Assembly (NCBI GenBank): GCA_049322915.1
Contig: JBMOPW010000028.1
Location: forward strand, 2,965-66,964
Direction: 5' to 3'
DNA length: 64,000 nt
Source of the DNA: Candidatus Zhuqueibacterota bacterium
Lineage (GTDB): Bacteria; Zhuqueibacterota; Zhuqueibacteria; Thermofontimicrobiales; Thermofontimicrobiaceae
The position numbers and the translations under genes were made by a program. Each line of letters opens with the position of its first letter. Position 1 is the first letter of the stretch. Positions 29,374-38,677 of this stretch are shown one piece after another. Below the pieces are notes generated by a model that saw nothing but the letters and a program-made list of their open reading frames with translations, made no database searches and had not been told where the DNA came from.

Positions 29374-29885
29374 TTTTTAATCCCTTTCTTTTGTAGTAGG
29401 ACGCGCTCGCGCTTTTCATCTGACAGTTCTTTTACAGCAGGCATGAAGTTTTGAATTTTATAATAGATACTTTTCCCATAATTTTTTTTATCTTCGAAAG
29501 TTATCGCCTCTGACAATCTTTCGATATCAGCTTTCAAGTCTTCACAGAGTTCTTTTGCTTTGTTTTCAAAAAAATCATTGAAATGGCCGCTTTGCTCTAG
29601 GATGAAACTTGTATAAGTCTCAACTTCTTTTGCGATATTAGAGCAGTCAACACCCCTTAAGAGTTTAGCGTTACAGGATGGGCCAACTGTCGAAATGACC
29701 GATAAAACTCTTTTGGTTTCAGAGTGAACTACAGAAACCTCTACCATTTTTCTGCGATGAACGAGCTCATCATGGAGTATTTCAGCCTTTGTTGCTGAAG
29801 TAGATGCCTTTCTGGCTTCCACGAACGACCATATCGCTCCTGCTATCGAAGCCAACGAGCCAATTATTGATATCAAACTTTCCAT
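29370..29885 (-). CDS. Single-pass membrane protein (N-terminal TM helix plus a charged cytoplasmic domain of about 140 aa), hypothetical
   Basis: 'MESLISIIGSLASIAGAIWSFV' is followed by a Lys/Glu-rich domain. It is translationally coupled to the YfbU-like gene. Confidence 0.5.
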   Translation of the reverse strand: MESLISIIGSLASIAGAIWSFVEARKASTSATKAEILHDELVHRRKMVEVSVVHSETKRVLSVISTVGPSCNAKLLRGVDCSNIAKEVETYTSFILEQSGHFNDFFENKAKELCEDLKADIERLSEAITFEDKKNYGKSIYYKIQNFMPAVKELSDEKRERVLLQKKGIKK

Positions 29886-29966
29886 GATTGATTTTTATGC
29901 CTTATATTTAGATAGCCTAACGTTTGAATTCACCAGCTGCCGTAGGCAGTCCGGTGGAATGAATGG

Positions 29967-30761
29967 TTAGACGACATTTTTCGTTAACCACTCGGCCCCT
30001 GCGATCAATTCTTCCACTTGCTCCTTAGTAGGGTCAGCATCTTTTTTATGCGAGCAAAGATTACGAAGATCAGCTAGAAAACTTATTTTTCGCCAACTCG
30101 CTATATCGGTCACAGATGCAGCTTTCAGTGGATCATTGAGGTCCGCAATCGTAGGGTTCTTCTTGGCAATTTTTATGCCGTGCGAGTCTGCTACTTTCTG
30201 AAGGTGGCCTTCGATGAGAACACCAACAAGTGCACCCGCAGCTCTCGGACTGACTTTCAATAGCTGCCTAGCAACAATAACTTCGTTGTCTTGAATCTCT
30301 GCGTATAGCTCACCCTCAATATTGGCCAAAACTGAATCAATCCGCTCCTTGATTGCATTCAGGATCGCCAATTGGTTCAGGAAGCATTGCAGTACCTGCT
30401 TGCGCGTGTCGAAGCCTTCATATTGATAAGCGCCTGGAGCAACGCCCTTGAGGTAGTCTTGAATGACGTACGTTCCATAACCGAGCGACTTTCTCTTTGG
30501 ATCTACCTCGTAGTAGCTACGAAATTCAGAATGTCGGTCTGAGGCCAAGGAGGCGACGGCCTTAACTGCCTTTGTGTACCAGCTTTGGTAGTCGTAGTGG
30601 AATTGCTTTTCTTCCTTCTTCTGGAAAGATACGGCCAGTTCAGCACCTTCCTTGTAGAGGGCAGCTAGTTCTTTGTGGATTGCTTCGCGCTTCGTCATCT
30701 TGTCTTCCAACAAGTAATTATTCAGTTTCTGCATAACATCCTGAACAGGTAAAGACTGCAT
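29967..30761 (-). CDS. Hypothetical protein with a C-terminal HEPN-type Rx4H motif; putative RNase or abortive-infection-like effector
   Basis: The C-terminus 'ISFLADLRNLCSHKKDADPTKEQVEELIAGAEWL' contains R-N-x3-H followed by a helix, as in HEPN and Abi nucleases. The gene is AT-rich and is the first gene of the island operon. Confidence 0.45.
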   Translation of the reverse strand: MQSLPVQDVMQKLNNYLLEDKMTKREAIHKELAALYKEGAELAVSFQKKEEKQFHYDYQSWYTKAVKAVASLASDRHSEFRSYYEVDPKRKSLGYGTYVIQDYLKGVAPGAYQYEGFDTRKQVLQCFLNQLAILNAIKERIDSVLANIEGELYAEIQDNEVIVARQLLKVSPRAAGALVGVLIEGHLQKVADSHGIKIAKKNPTIADLNDPLKAASVTDIASWRKISFLADLRNLCSHKKDADPTKEQVEELIAGAEWLTKNVV

Positions 30762-31184
30762 CGCGAAACAACAATAGAAACAGTGCCTTTTGTGAAATGA
30801 TTTTCTATGTCTCAGGAAATCAGACTGACCGCATAACGCCCAAAAAAGAATGTTATACAGAAAGATGGTTTCGTGAGCAGAGCAGCGAATTTCCTGCCGG
30901 GATGTATGAGGATAAATTTAATAAGATAACGCAGAAAGTCAAGCTAATTTTTCTGAAATCGCAAAAGAATTCCCTGATAAAAAAATGGGCAACCGCTGAA
31001 ATCTTGAGGAAGAGATTTTTATAATTCCAGTGGCCACTTTTTCTCCTCTGTTGTCCTTGTTATGTTTTACGACCTGACAATTGCATAAATTTACCATTCA
31101 CCAAAAATCCTCTTGCTTTTTTGAAAAAAAATCTTAAACTATCTGTAACATAAATGTCATATTCATCATTTAGAGGTCTGGTAA

Positions 31185-32777
31185 ATGGCTGAAAAATATA
31201 TTGTCTCTCACGACATGGGTACGAGCGGGGACAAGGCGATTCTGGTGACTATCTACGGTGACATTGTGGATTCGGCAAAACGGCCCTATCCCATTCATCA
31301 TCCCCAGCCGGGTTTTGCAGAGCAGGACCCGTTTGACTGGTGGAATGCGGTGTGCGAGACCACGCAGGAGGTGCTTCAGAAAACAGGAGTGAATCCTGAC
31401 GACGTGGTCGGAATTACGTTTGCCTCACAGATGCAGGGACTGATTCCTGTGGACGCAACCGGCGCGCCGTTGACGCCGGCGATTACATGGCTGGATGGCC
31501 GCAGCGCGGATGTGATGCGCGAGCAACTATGGACCCAGCCGCGCGTGATGGGGTACAATATTTTTCATTTGCTCAAATTTCTCCGGATCACCGGCGGCAG
31601 TCCCGGCCAGACCGGTAAGGATCAGATCGGTAAAATTCTGTGGCTGCAAAAACACCAGCCGGAGGTGTTCTCCCGCGTGCACAAATTTCTCGATTCCAAA
31701 GATTTCATCATTTATAAACTGACCGGCAATTTTGTCACGTCCGTGGATGTGGCCTATATCTGGTGGCTGCTGGATTCCCGGAACAACCGCAATCAGTGGC
31801 ATCCCGGCCTGTGCCAACTGGCCGGCATTTCCATCGATAAACTGCCGGAAGTGAAAGAGAGCGCGGCCGTTGTCGGCGCGCTGCTGCCTGAAGCAGCCGA
31901 TAGACTGGGCCTGAAAGCCGGCACGCCGGTCGTCAATGGGTCCGGCGATTTGGGCGCGGCAGCGCTGGGTTCCGGCGCCATCAACGAAGGCGAACTGCAC
32001 ATCAGTCTCGGCACGAGCGGATGGGTTGCCGGGCATTTCACAAAACGGAAAATCGATATTCCCCATTACACCGGCTGCGTTGGCAGCACCTATCCTCAGA
32101 AATATTACCTGGCCATGGCGCACCAGGAGACCGCCGGCGTTTGCCTGGAGTGGTTGAAAAACAAGGTGCTTTACCATGAAGCGCAACTCAGGGAGGAGCA
32201 CAAGGTCGCTGAAGTGTACCAGGTGCTGGATCAACTGGCCGAGAACGCCGGTCCCGGCGCGCAAGGCTTGATGTTCACCCCGTGGATGTACGGCGAACGC
32301 TGTCCCCTCGACGACGACCACGTTCGCGGCGGTCTGTTCAATCTGGGACTGAACCATTCCCGCGAGCACATCATTCGCGCCGTATTCGAAGGCATCGCCT
32401 TCAACACGCGCTGGGCATTGGAAACGCTGGAAAACCTGTATTCGCGGGTGACGCAATTGAACATCATCAGCGGGGGCGCTAAGAGCGATATCTGGTGTCA
32501 GATAGTGGCCGATATCACCAATCGCACCATCCAACGGGTTGCCCAGCCCCAGCAGGCCGGCGCGCGCGGCATTGCGTTGCTGGCCAGCATGACCCTGGGC
32601 TACATTGAATCGTTCGGGGATATCAAAAAGTATATCAAAATCGATCGCGATTTCCAGCCGAATCCGGCCAACAGAAATCTGTACGACACTTTGTTCCGGG
32701 AATTCAAAAATATTTACAAGCAAAACAAAAAATGGTATGCCCGAATGAACCGGACAAACTCAGTTCACAGCGCGTGA
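31185..32777 (+). CDS. FGGY-family carbohydrate kinase (xylulokinase / glycerol-kinase-like)
   Basis: The N-terminal 'HDMGTSGDKA' and the typical FGGY N- and C-domain patterns 'GTSGWVAG' and 'ISGGAKSDIWCQIVADI' are present. Confidence 0.8.
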   Translation: MAEKYIVSHDMGTSGDKAILVTIYGDIVDSAKRPYPIHHPQPGFAEQDPFDWWNAVCETTQEVLQKTGVNPDDVVGITFASQMQGLIPVDATGAPLTPAITWLDGRSADVMREQLWTQPRVMGYNIFHLLKFLRITGGSPGQTGKDQIGKILWLQKHQPEVFSRVHKFLDSKDFIIYKLTGNFVTSVDVAYIWWLLDSRNNRNQWHPGLCQLAGISIDKLPEVKESAAVVGALLPEAADRLGLKAGTPVVNGSGDLGAAALGSGAINEGELHISLGTSGWVAGHFTKRKIDIPHYTGCVGSTYPQKYYLAMAHQETAGVCLEWLKNKVLYHEAQLREEHKVAEVYQVLDQLAENAGPGAQGLMFTPWMYGERCPLDDDHVRGGLFNLGLNHSREHIIRAVFEGIAFNTRWALETLENLYSRVTQLNIISGGAKSDIWCQIVADITNRTIQRVAQPQQAGARGIALLASMTLGYIESFGDIKKYIKIDRDFQPNPANRNLYDTLFREFKNIYKQNKKWYARMNRTNSVHSA

Positions 32778-32888
32778 GAAATTTCGTTGTTTAATAAACC
32801 GAAGGAGAGCGTGGAATTGAAATCCCCTGGGCCACGTTCTCCAGGACGTGATGGCTTCAATTTCACAGTGGCAAGTTAAGAGGAAGAT

Positions 32889-33734
32889 ATGATTAACCTG
32901 GCTGAGTACTGTGCACCGGGAGCAGCCTATGAAGAAGAAATGATCTCGGTGTCTGAGAATGTCTCGTTGCGGCTCATAACTTTTACTCCGGCGAAAACCA
33001 CAGATAATCCGCCGGTGCTCTTTGTCGCTGGCTGGATTTCTCTGATTTCCGGCTGGAAAGAAATATTGAAAGAAATGACCAGAGATTTTAAAGTGTATTA
33101 CATTGAAACCCGGGAGAAAATTTCTTCCCGGGTTCACGGTAAGGAGAATTTCGGCGTGGAAGACATTGGAAAAGATCTGGTCGACCTGGTTTCTCTGTTG
33201 AAATTTTCCTCCAAAAATTATTTCATGCTGGGGAGTTCCCTCGGCGCGACGGCAATTCTGGATTGTAGTCAGCATCTAAAAATTCCGCCCAAATGCCTGG
33301 TGCTGATCGGACCCAACGCAGTCTTTCGGGTGCCCCGTTTTGGCAAGGCGATTGTCACCATTTTCTGGCCGCGACTGTATTTCTTCATCCGACCGCTGGT
33401 GAAGTTCTACTTGAAAAATTTCCGGCTCGATGTGAAAAGCGATTACGCGCAGTATGAGAAATACTGTACGGCGCTGGATATTGCCGATCCCTGGAAATTG
33501 AAAAATGCGGTGATGCGGTTGTGGAATTACGAGGTCTGGGATATCCTGGGGAAAATTTCGTTCCCCACGCTGATAGTCGGCGCATCCAGGGATGATCTGC
33601 ACGAGCCGGAGAACCTCAAACGAATGGTGTCCATGATGCCGCAGGCGACGTACGTGGATTTAGAGACGAATAAAGGGACGCACTCCAAGCCCATGGTGGA
33701 TGAGGTTCGGAATTATATAAGCACGTTGAAATAG
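32889..33734 (+). CDS. Alpha/beta-hydrolase fold protein
   Basis: The nucleophile elbow is 'LGSSLG' (GxSxG), the length is about 280 aa, and 'DDLHEP' lies near the C-terminus. Confidence 0.7.
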   Translation: MINLAEYCAPGAAYEEEMISVSENVSLRLITFTPAKTTDNPPVLFVAGWISLISGWKEILKEMTRDFKVYYIETREKISSRVHGKENFGVEDIGKDLVDLVSLLKFSSKNYFMLGSSLGATAILDCSQHLKIPPKCLVLIGPNAVFRVPRFGKAIVTIFWPRLYFFIRPLVKFYLKNFRLDVKSDYAQYEKYCTALDIADPWKLKNAVMRLWNYEVWDILGKISFPTLIVGASRDDLHEPENLKRMVSMMPQATYVDLETNKGTHSKPMVDEVRNYISTLK

Positions 33735-33797
33735 CTGAAATACGAGTAAATTTCGATCCGATATTTTTGGCGACTATCAGTGGAAAAGTCCAAAAAA

Positions 33798-34204
33798 CAA
33801 ATTTCAAAAGACAAATAAATTCAAAAAAGTGAATACTCAAATTCCAAAATGATCGGGGCGTAAAACCGAAGCCTCGAATTATTTTTGTAATTTGATCTTT
33901 TGTCTTTTGAGATTTATTTGAAATTTGGTTTTTGAAAATTGGAATTTTTACAGTCCGATCGTTCAGGATTTTTATCCTGAGCGATAATTTTATTGGGATT
34001 TATATCCCATCGGGGTTAAAATTCCAAAAGAGCAAATTTCAAAAGACAAATAAATTCAAAAAAGTGAATACTCAAATTCCAAAATGATCGGGGCGTAAAA
34101 CCGAAGCCTCGAATTATTTTTGTAATTTGATCTTTTGTCTTTTGAGATTTATTTGATATTTGGTTTTTGAAAATTGGAATTTTTACAGTCCGATCGTTCA
34201 GGAT
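33798..34204. repeat. Tandem direct repeat: two near-identical 172-bp copies (33798-33969 and 34033-34204) separated by 63 bp
   Basis: The copies differ at one position ('tttgaaatttgg' against 'tttgatatttgg'). They are AT-rich, have inverted termini 'caaatttcaaa...tttgaaatttg', and lie upstream of the M28 peptidase gene. Confidence 0.9.
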
Positions 34205-34273
34205 ATTTATTCAGCACGCTAATTTTTTTGGGAATTGGCATTCCTCAATCACTTATCAAAGGACGGATTCGTC

Positions 34274-36568
34274 ATGAGAATAAAAAAGCGACTTGCTGCA
34301 ATTCTGCTGATGTTCCTTCCGTTTATCGCTTTCCCGCAGTCACTGGAATTCAGCGCTGACAGCACCTATTCTTTCATTGATCATTTGAGTGTGACCATCG
34401 GTCCGCGGCCCATGGGTTCGCCCAATGAGCGTCTGGCGTTGCACTGGGTGGTCGAAAAATTCAAACAATTCGGCGCGGATTCCGCCTGGGTTCAGCCGTT
34501 TGACAAACCAGCCGGCAAAATCAACACCAACAGCGGCAATGCCGTGGCGATCCTCGCCGGCGAAACAGATTCGGCCATTGTCATCGGCAGCCATATCGAT
34601 TCGGCTGGACGCGAATATGCCGGCGCGAACGACAATGCATCCGGCGCCGCCTCTGTCCTGGAATTGGCGCGCATCTGGAGTCAGCGGCCGCGGCATTACA
34701 CCATGATTTTCGCGTCCTTTGGCGGCGAGGAACAGGGGCTTCTCGGCTCCAAATATTTTGTGAAAAACTACCCGGACATCGATAAAGTCGCGCTCATGAT
34801 TTCCCTGGATATGACCGGCAGCGACGACGAAATTATGATCATGTTCGAGCGCGATTCGTCCCAGGCGCCGCAATGGCTTGTCAGAGATGCGTTTGAAACG
34901 GATCGGAAACTCGGGATCAATCGGTTACTCTACCCGACGCATTTTTCTGCAATAAATAATATTGGCAAGGGAAGCGCCGGTTCGGATCATGAGCCGTTTC
35001 TGGTATTGGGAATTCCGGCCATGGATTTCACAGCCGGCGTCAACAATTCTCCCATTCACACACCCCAGGATGTCATTCAATTCATCAGCAAATCATCGCT
35101 GGATCAATGCGGCCGGCTGGCTGATGCGTTGTTGCAAAAATATCAGTCAGAGGGGATTCCCGCCGCAACAAACGGTAAATACATGGTATGGACTATTTTT
35201 GGCGCGCCCGTCTTCATCCCATGGTGGTGCATTGTCGCTGTGGATGTGCTGGCTGTAATCCTGGGTCTCTGGGCGTTCTTCCACAGCCTGGCGACCCGGC
35301 TGCGCATTGAAAAGGCGAATCGAATTCGTTTCAGCGGGCTTAAACTTTTCGTCATGTTCATCGGGATCTCCGCCATGCTCCAGCTTGGCGAAGCGACGAT
35401 TCAACTGGTGAAAGGACTGCGCTATCCCTGGATGGTGCATGTCTATTCCTATCTGTGGTATGTGGCAATTTTGGCGCTCGCCGGCGCCTGGTTAGCGCTG
35501 CGCCTGGCGAGCCGCTGGCGGTTCAGCCCGGATCATACCGTCTATGCCAGACGCGCGATCATTGTGCTGTTTCTTTTCACCGTGCCTCTGAGTTTCGTCA
35601 GCTTCAGGCTGATGCTATACCCTGCATTGTCTCTGCTTTTGACCAGCCTGGCCATATTGATCCCATTTCAGCCCGGCAAAATACTTTTCGCGCTGGCGTC
35701 GCCGCTGCCCCTGTTGCGATTCATGTTTTTCGAACCAATCCCATTTCTGGCACGCGGCGCGTCCCGCCTTGGATTTCAGATCGATAGCTTTTTCTTGGCC
35801 CTGTTGTACAGCGCAGCGCTGGTGCTGCTGATGGCGCTATGGTATTTACCGTCGCTCTTCAGCTTTTCGTACCTTGCAGCCGCTTCGAATTGGTTCAGGC
35901 AGACGGTGAAAAAATTCCGTGCGCCGATTTTTGGCTGGGCCATCGGGATTGCGGTCATCGGCTATGGAATTTACCTGTTCACGCTGCCGGCGTATAACCC
36001 GCTATGGCGCCCGTATGTCCATGTGGATGCAGATTACCATATTCAAAATCAGAAAGGCGCGCTCAAAATTTCCGGCAATGAATATTTCAAAGACGTCGTG
36101 GTGAAATCGGATTCGCTTGACATGCGGTATCAGGGCAGAATTCATTCGGATACATTGAAGGCCCGGTTCGATGCGGACTGGGTGCGTGTGGACGGCGGGC
36201 AGCGCGTGACGCACGGAGAAAAGGACAGTCTGGCAATTGATTGGCGCATCACCAGCCGGCGGCCCTGGTATCTCGTGACGCTGGAGATCCGACCGGATAC
36301 GGCTTCGATCACCGGCGCGGCGTCGGCGCTGAATTTCAACCTGAAGGAAAAGGAATTGACCTTCCGCTGGTTTGCGGAACCGCCGGAAACGCTGAACGTG
36401 GCGGCGACGTTTCAGATAGAGCCTGGCGCATCGCTGATTCGGAAAGTCACGGCGGTCTATCCAGCCATGCCTTTACCCATTGACGTGACATCCGATCTGG
36501 CCAATGTGCGATACCGTACCACTGTGGTTTGGCAGGATACGCTGGGAGTCAATGGATTCTCAAAATGA
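34274..36568 (+). CDS. M28-family zinc peptidase domain fused to a polytopic membrane domain and a C-terminal soluble domain
   Basis: The signal peptide is 'MRIKKRLAAILLMFLPFIAFPQ'. The M28 hallmarks 'IGSHIDSAG' and 'GANDNASGAASVLELARIW' are followed by eight or nine hydrophobic helices and a domain of about 200 aa. Confidence 0.75.
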   Translation: MRIKKRLAAILLMFLPFIAFPQSLEFSADSTYSFIDHLSVTIGPRPMGSPNERLALHWVVEKFKQFGADSAWVQPFDKPAGKINTNSGNAVAILAGETDSAIVIGSHIDSAGREYAGANDNASGAASVLELARIWSQRPRHYTMIFASFGGEEQGLLGSKYFVKNYPDIDKVALMISLDMTGSDDEIMIMFERDSSQAPQWLVRDAFETDRKLGINRLLYPTHFSAINNIGKGSAGSDHEPFLVLGIPAMDFTAGVNNSPIHTPQDVIQFISKSSLDQCGRLADALLQKYQSEGIPAATNGKYMVWTIFGAPVFIPWWCIVAVDVLAVILGLWAFFHSLATRLRIEKANRIRFSGLKLFVMFIGISAMLQLGEATIQLVKGLRYPWMVHVYSYLWYVAILALAGAWLALRLASRWRFSPDHTVYARRAIIVLFLFTVPLSFVSFRLMLYPALSLLLTSLAILIPFQPGKILFALASPLPLLRFMFFEPIPFLARGASRLGFQIDSFFLALLYSAALVLLMALWYLPSLFSFSYLAAASNWFRQTVKKFRAPIFGWAIGIAVIGYGIYLFTLPAYNPLWRPYVHVDADYHIQNQKGALKISGNEYFKDVVVKSDSLDMRYQGRIHSDTLKARFDADWVRVDGGQRVTHGEKDSLAIDWRITSRRPWYLVTLEIRPDTASITGAASALNFNLKEKELTFRWFAEPPETLNVAATFQIEPGASLIRKVTAVYPAMPLPIDVTSDLANVRYRTTVVWQDTLGVNGFSK

Positions 36569-37012
36569 TGAAAGTGAGCACCTGAGCCGGACAGTCCTGA
36601 AATTTCAAAGCTCAACAACAAAAAATCAAACAAATTACAATACCAAAATCCTGAAAGCAAAACTCGGACAAGGCTATTTGGTTGTGCAGCTTAGTTCGAC
36701 TTTGTCACATTACCTGATTCTACCACAAAAACTCGAAGGACGCTAAGCAACACGAAGTAAGAGCATTAATCGATTATGTTATTTAACTGAATCAAATCAA
36801 TTTCAGATCGAAAAATGAAATTTTAATCAATAAAAATTAATGCTTTTCTTTGTGCGACTTCGTGACTTCGTGTTTTCGTGGCGGAAAAACAAGTGGCGGC
36901 GCATTTACACAGATTAAGAATCCGTGAAGATCAGCGTCATCCGCGTAATCAGCGTTCTATTTAATTTTTGGTTCAGGCTCGTCCAGGTTAGGTACTAAAA
37001 CAGGAAATTAAA

Positions 37013-37480
37013 ATGCCAGTGAAATGGTTGCCCCGGGAGAAATGTCTGCGGCTATTGAAAAAAGCTGTGTACGGCCGATTGGCCACGTGCGGATCGAACA
37101 GCGAGCCGTACATCACTCCGATGAATTTTGTGTTGTTCAATGACTGCATCTATTTTCATTGCGCATTTGAGGGGAACAAGCTGGAGAATCTGCACCACAA
37201 TCCCCGCGTGTGTTTTGAAATCAGCGCTGCCGGCAAACTGTATGCGGCGCCGCTGGCGAAAAATTTTACTATGCGATACTGGAGCGTGCTTGTGTTCGGA
37301 GAGGCGAAGCAGATCGATGATCCGACCTTGAAACTGGCGGTGCTCAATGCGCTCATGGACAAGTACGCCCGAGGTTATCAGTATTCACCGCTACAATTTG
37401 AGGATACGGCCATCGTCAATATCGTCGAAATTGCCATTCACAAAATAAGCGGAAAGGTGTCCGTCGATCCCCCGAAGTGA
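37013..37480 (+). CDS. Pyridoxamine 5'-phosphate oxidase-like FMN-binding split-barrel protein
   Basis: 'YGRLATCGSNSEPYITPMNFVLFNDCIYFHCAFEGNKLENL...VCFEIS' is typical of the PNPOx/NimA-like family. Confidence 0.7.
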   Translation: MPVKWLPREKCLRLLKKAVYGRLATCGSNSEPYITPMNFVLFNDCIYFHCAFEGNKLENLHHNPRVCFEISAAGKLYAAPLAKNFTMRYWSVLVFGEAKQIDDPTLKLAVLNALMDKYARGYQYSPLQFEDTAIVNIVEIAIHKISGKVSVDPPK

Positions 37481-37658
37481 CGCCGAAAGTCAATGGCCGC
37501 GCTGCTGGCTGAGGGATATCTGCCGGAATGAATTAATGACAAACGATTAGCCGTGGGACAGAGGGGATGCACAATGATGGCGCCAGTCATCGCGCTGCGA
37601 ATCCAGTTTGCTTTCCACCGGTGTAACGAAGATGCAACGATAAAACCAGGCGACTATC

Positions 37659-38147
37659 ATGAACTATACCATACGCCCCGCGAAAGAGTCCGATATTCCT
37701 GAGATGATCGAGGTGTTCAATTTTTTTGTGCACAATAGCTACGCATCCTATTCTGAAATTGAACTGGAGCCGGAATTTTTTCAGCAGCTCCGGGAATGCG
37801 CATTGGCCATTATTGTATTGGAAGTTGATCACAAGATTGTCGGATTCGCCTACATCAAACCGTACCTGGCCTATAAAAACTGCCAGCTCAGCGGCGTGCT
37901 TACCTACTTCATCCTGCCGCTGTACACCGGCAAAGGATTTGGCGCTATGATGCTGGATAAGCTGCTGGAGGCTGCGAAGAGTTACAACATGAAACACCTG
38001 CTGGCGCACATCTCATCCAGAAATGAGCAGAGCCTCCGATTTCACAAAAAACACGGGTTTGTGGAATGCGGCCGTTTCAACGACATCGGCACGAAATTCG
38101 GCCACACCTTTGACGTTGTCTGGATGCAGAAGACAGTGGATCAATAA
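37659..38147 (+). CDS. GNAT-family N-acetyltransferase (phosphinothricin acetyltransferase-like)
   Basis: 'MNYTIRPAKESDIPEMIEVFNFFV...YASYS' and the acetyl-CoA pocket 'YTGKGFGAMMLDKLLEAA' are present. Confidence 0.75.
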   Translation: MNYTIRPAKESDIPEMIEVFNFFVHNSYASYSEIELEPEFFQQLRECALAIIVLEVDHKIVGFAYIKPYLAYKNCQLSGVLTYFILPLYTGKGFGAMMLDKLLEAAKSYNMKHLLAHISSRNEQSLRFHKKHGFVECGRFNDIGTKFGHTFDVVWMQKTVDQ

Positions 38148-38677
38148 TCCGTCCGAGCAGTCCGATGAAGAGCGTCCTGCTATTCCCCGCGGCCGAAGCT
38201 GTTCTCGCTTTTGTCCACGATCTGGCATTAGCCCGGCTGGGTCTGCGGGAAGGCCTCAGAAATGTCCGCACTTCCGGCTGACGCAGCGTGCCCGAACAGG
38301 GGCGCCGGGCTCATTGGAACGCGACTCCTTCAGAAACGGATGAATCTTTTTCTGCACTGGTACATCTAAATTTTTAGTTTTCATTAACCAATTTTTCGAC
38401 TGAACCCATCATCCGGCCGGAGATCGCAGTCACTGCGACAACAGCGGAAAGCCAGGGCGTTTGACAACGGCTGGATTCGCTGCCTCAGTGAATTGCGCTG
38501 TCGGTGTTGAAAATGGGACATTCGAGTTCGATTAAAATTTTACTCATTCAGCAAAGTCGGCGGGAAGTAACTTTTCCGGAATTGATGACGATAAAAGTAG
38601 ACATGAAGACGCTGTCATCTCACATCGTGCAAACCGAAATTCCCCGACTCTGCTGCAATTAATTTGACGAGAAGGGT

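Noticed and set aside
30797-31024. A 75-aa plus-strand ORF in the AT-rich spacer between the island and the FGGY kinase gene
   Set aside because: It has no RBS and a Lys-rich AT-driven composition. It probably lies in the promoter region for the divergent island operon.
31527-32723. A 398-aa minus-strand ORF inside the FGGY kinase gene
   Set aside because: It is antisense to a clearly recognisable FGGY kinase and has no motifs.
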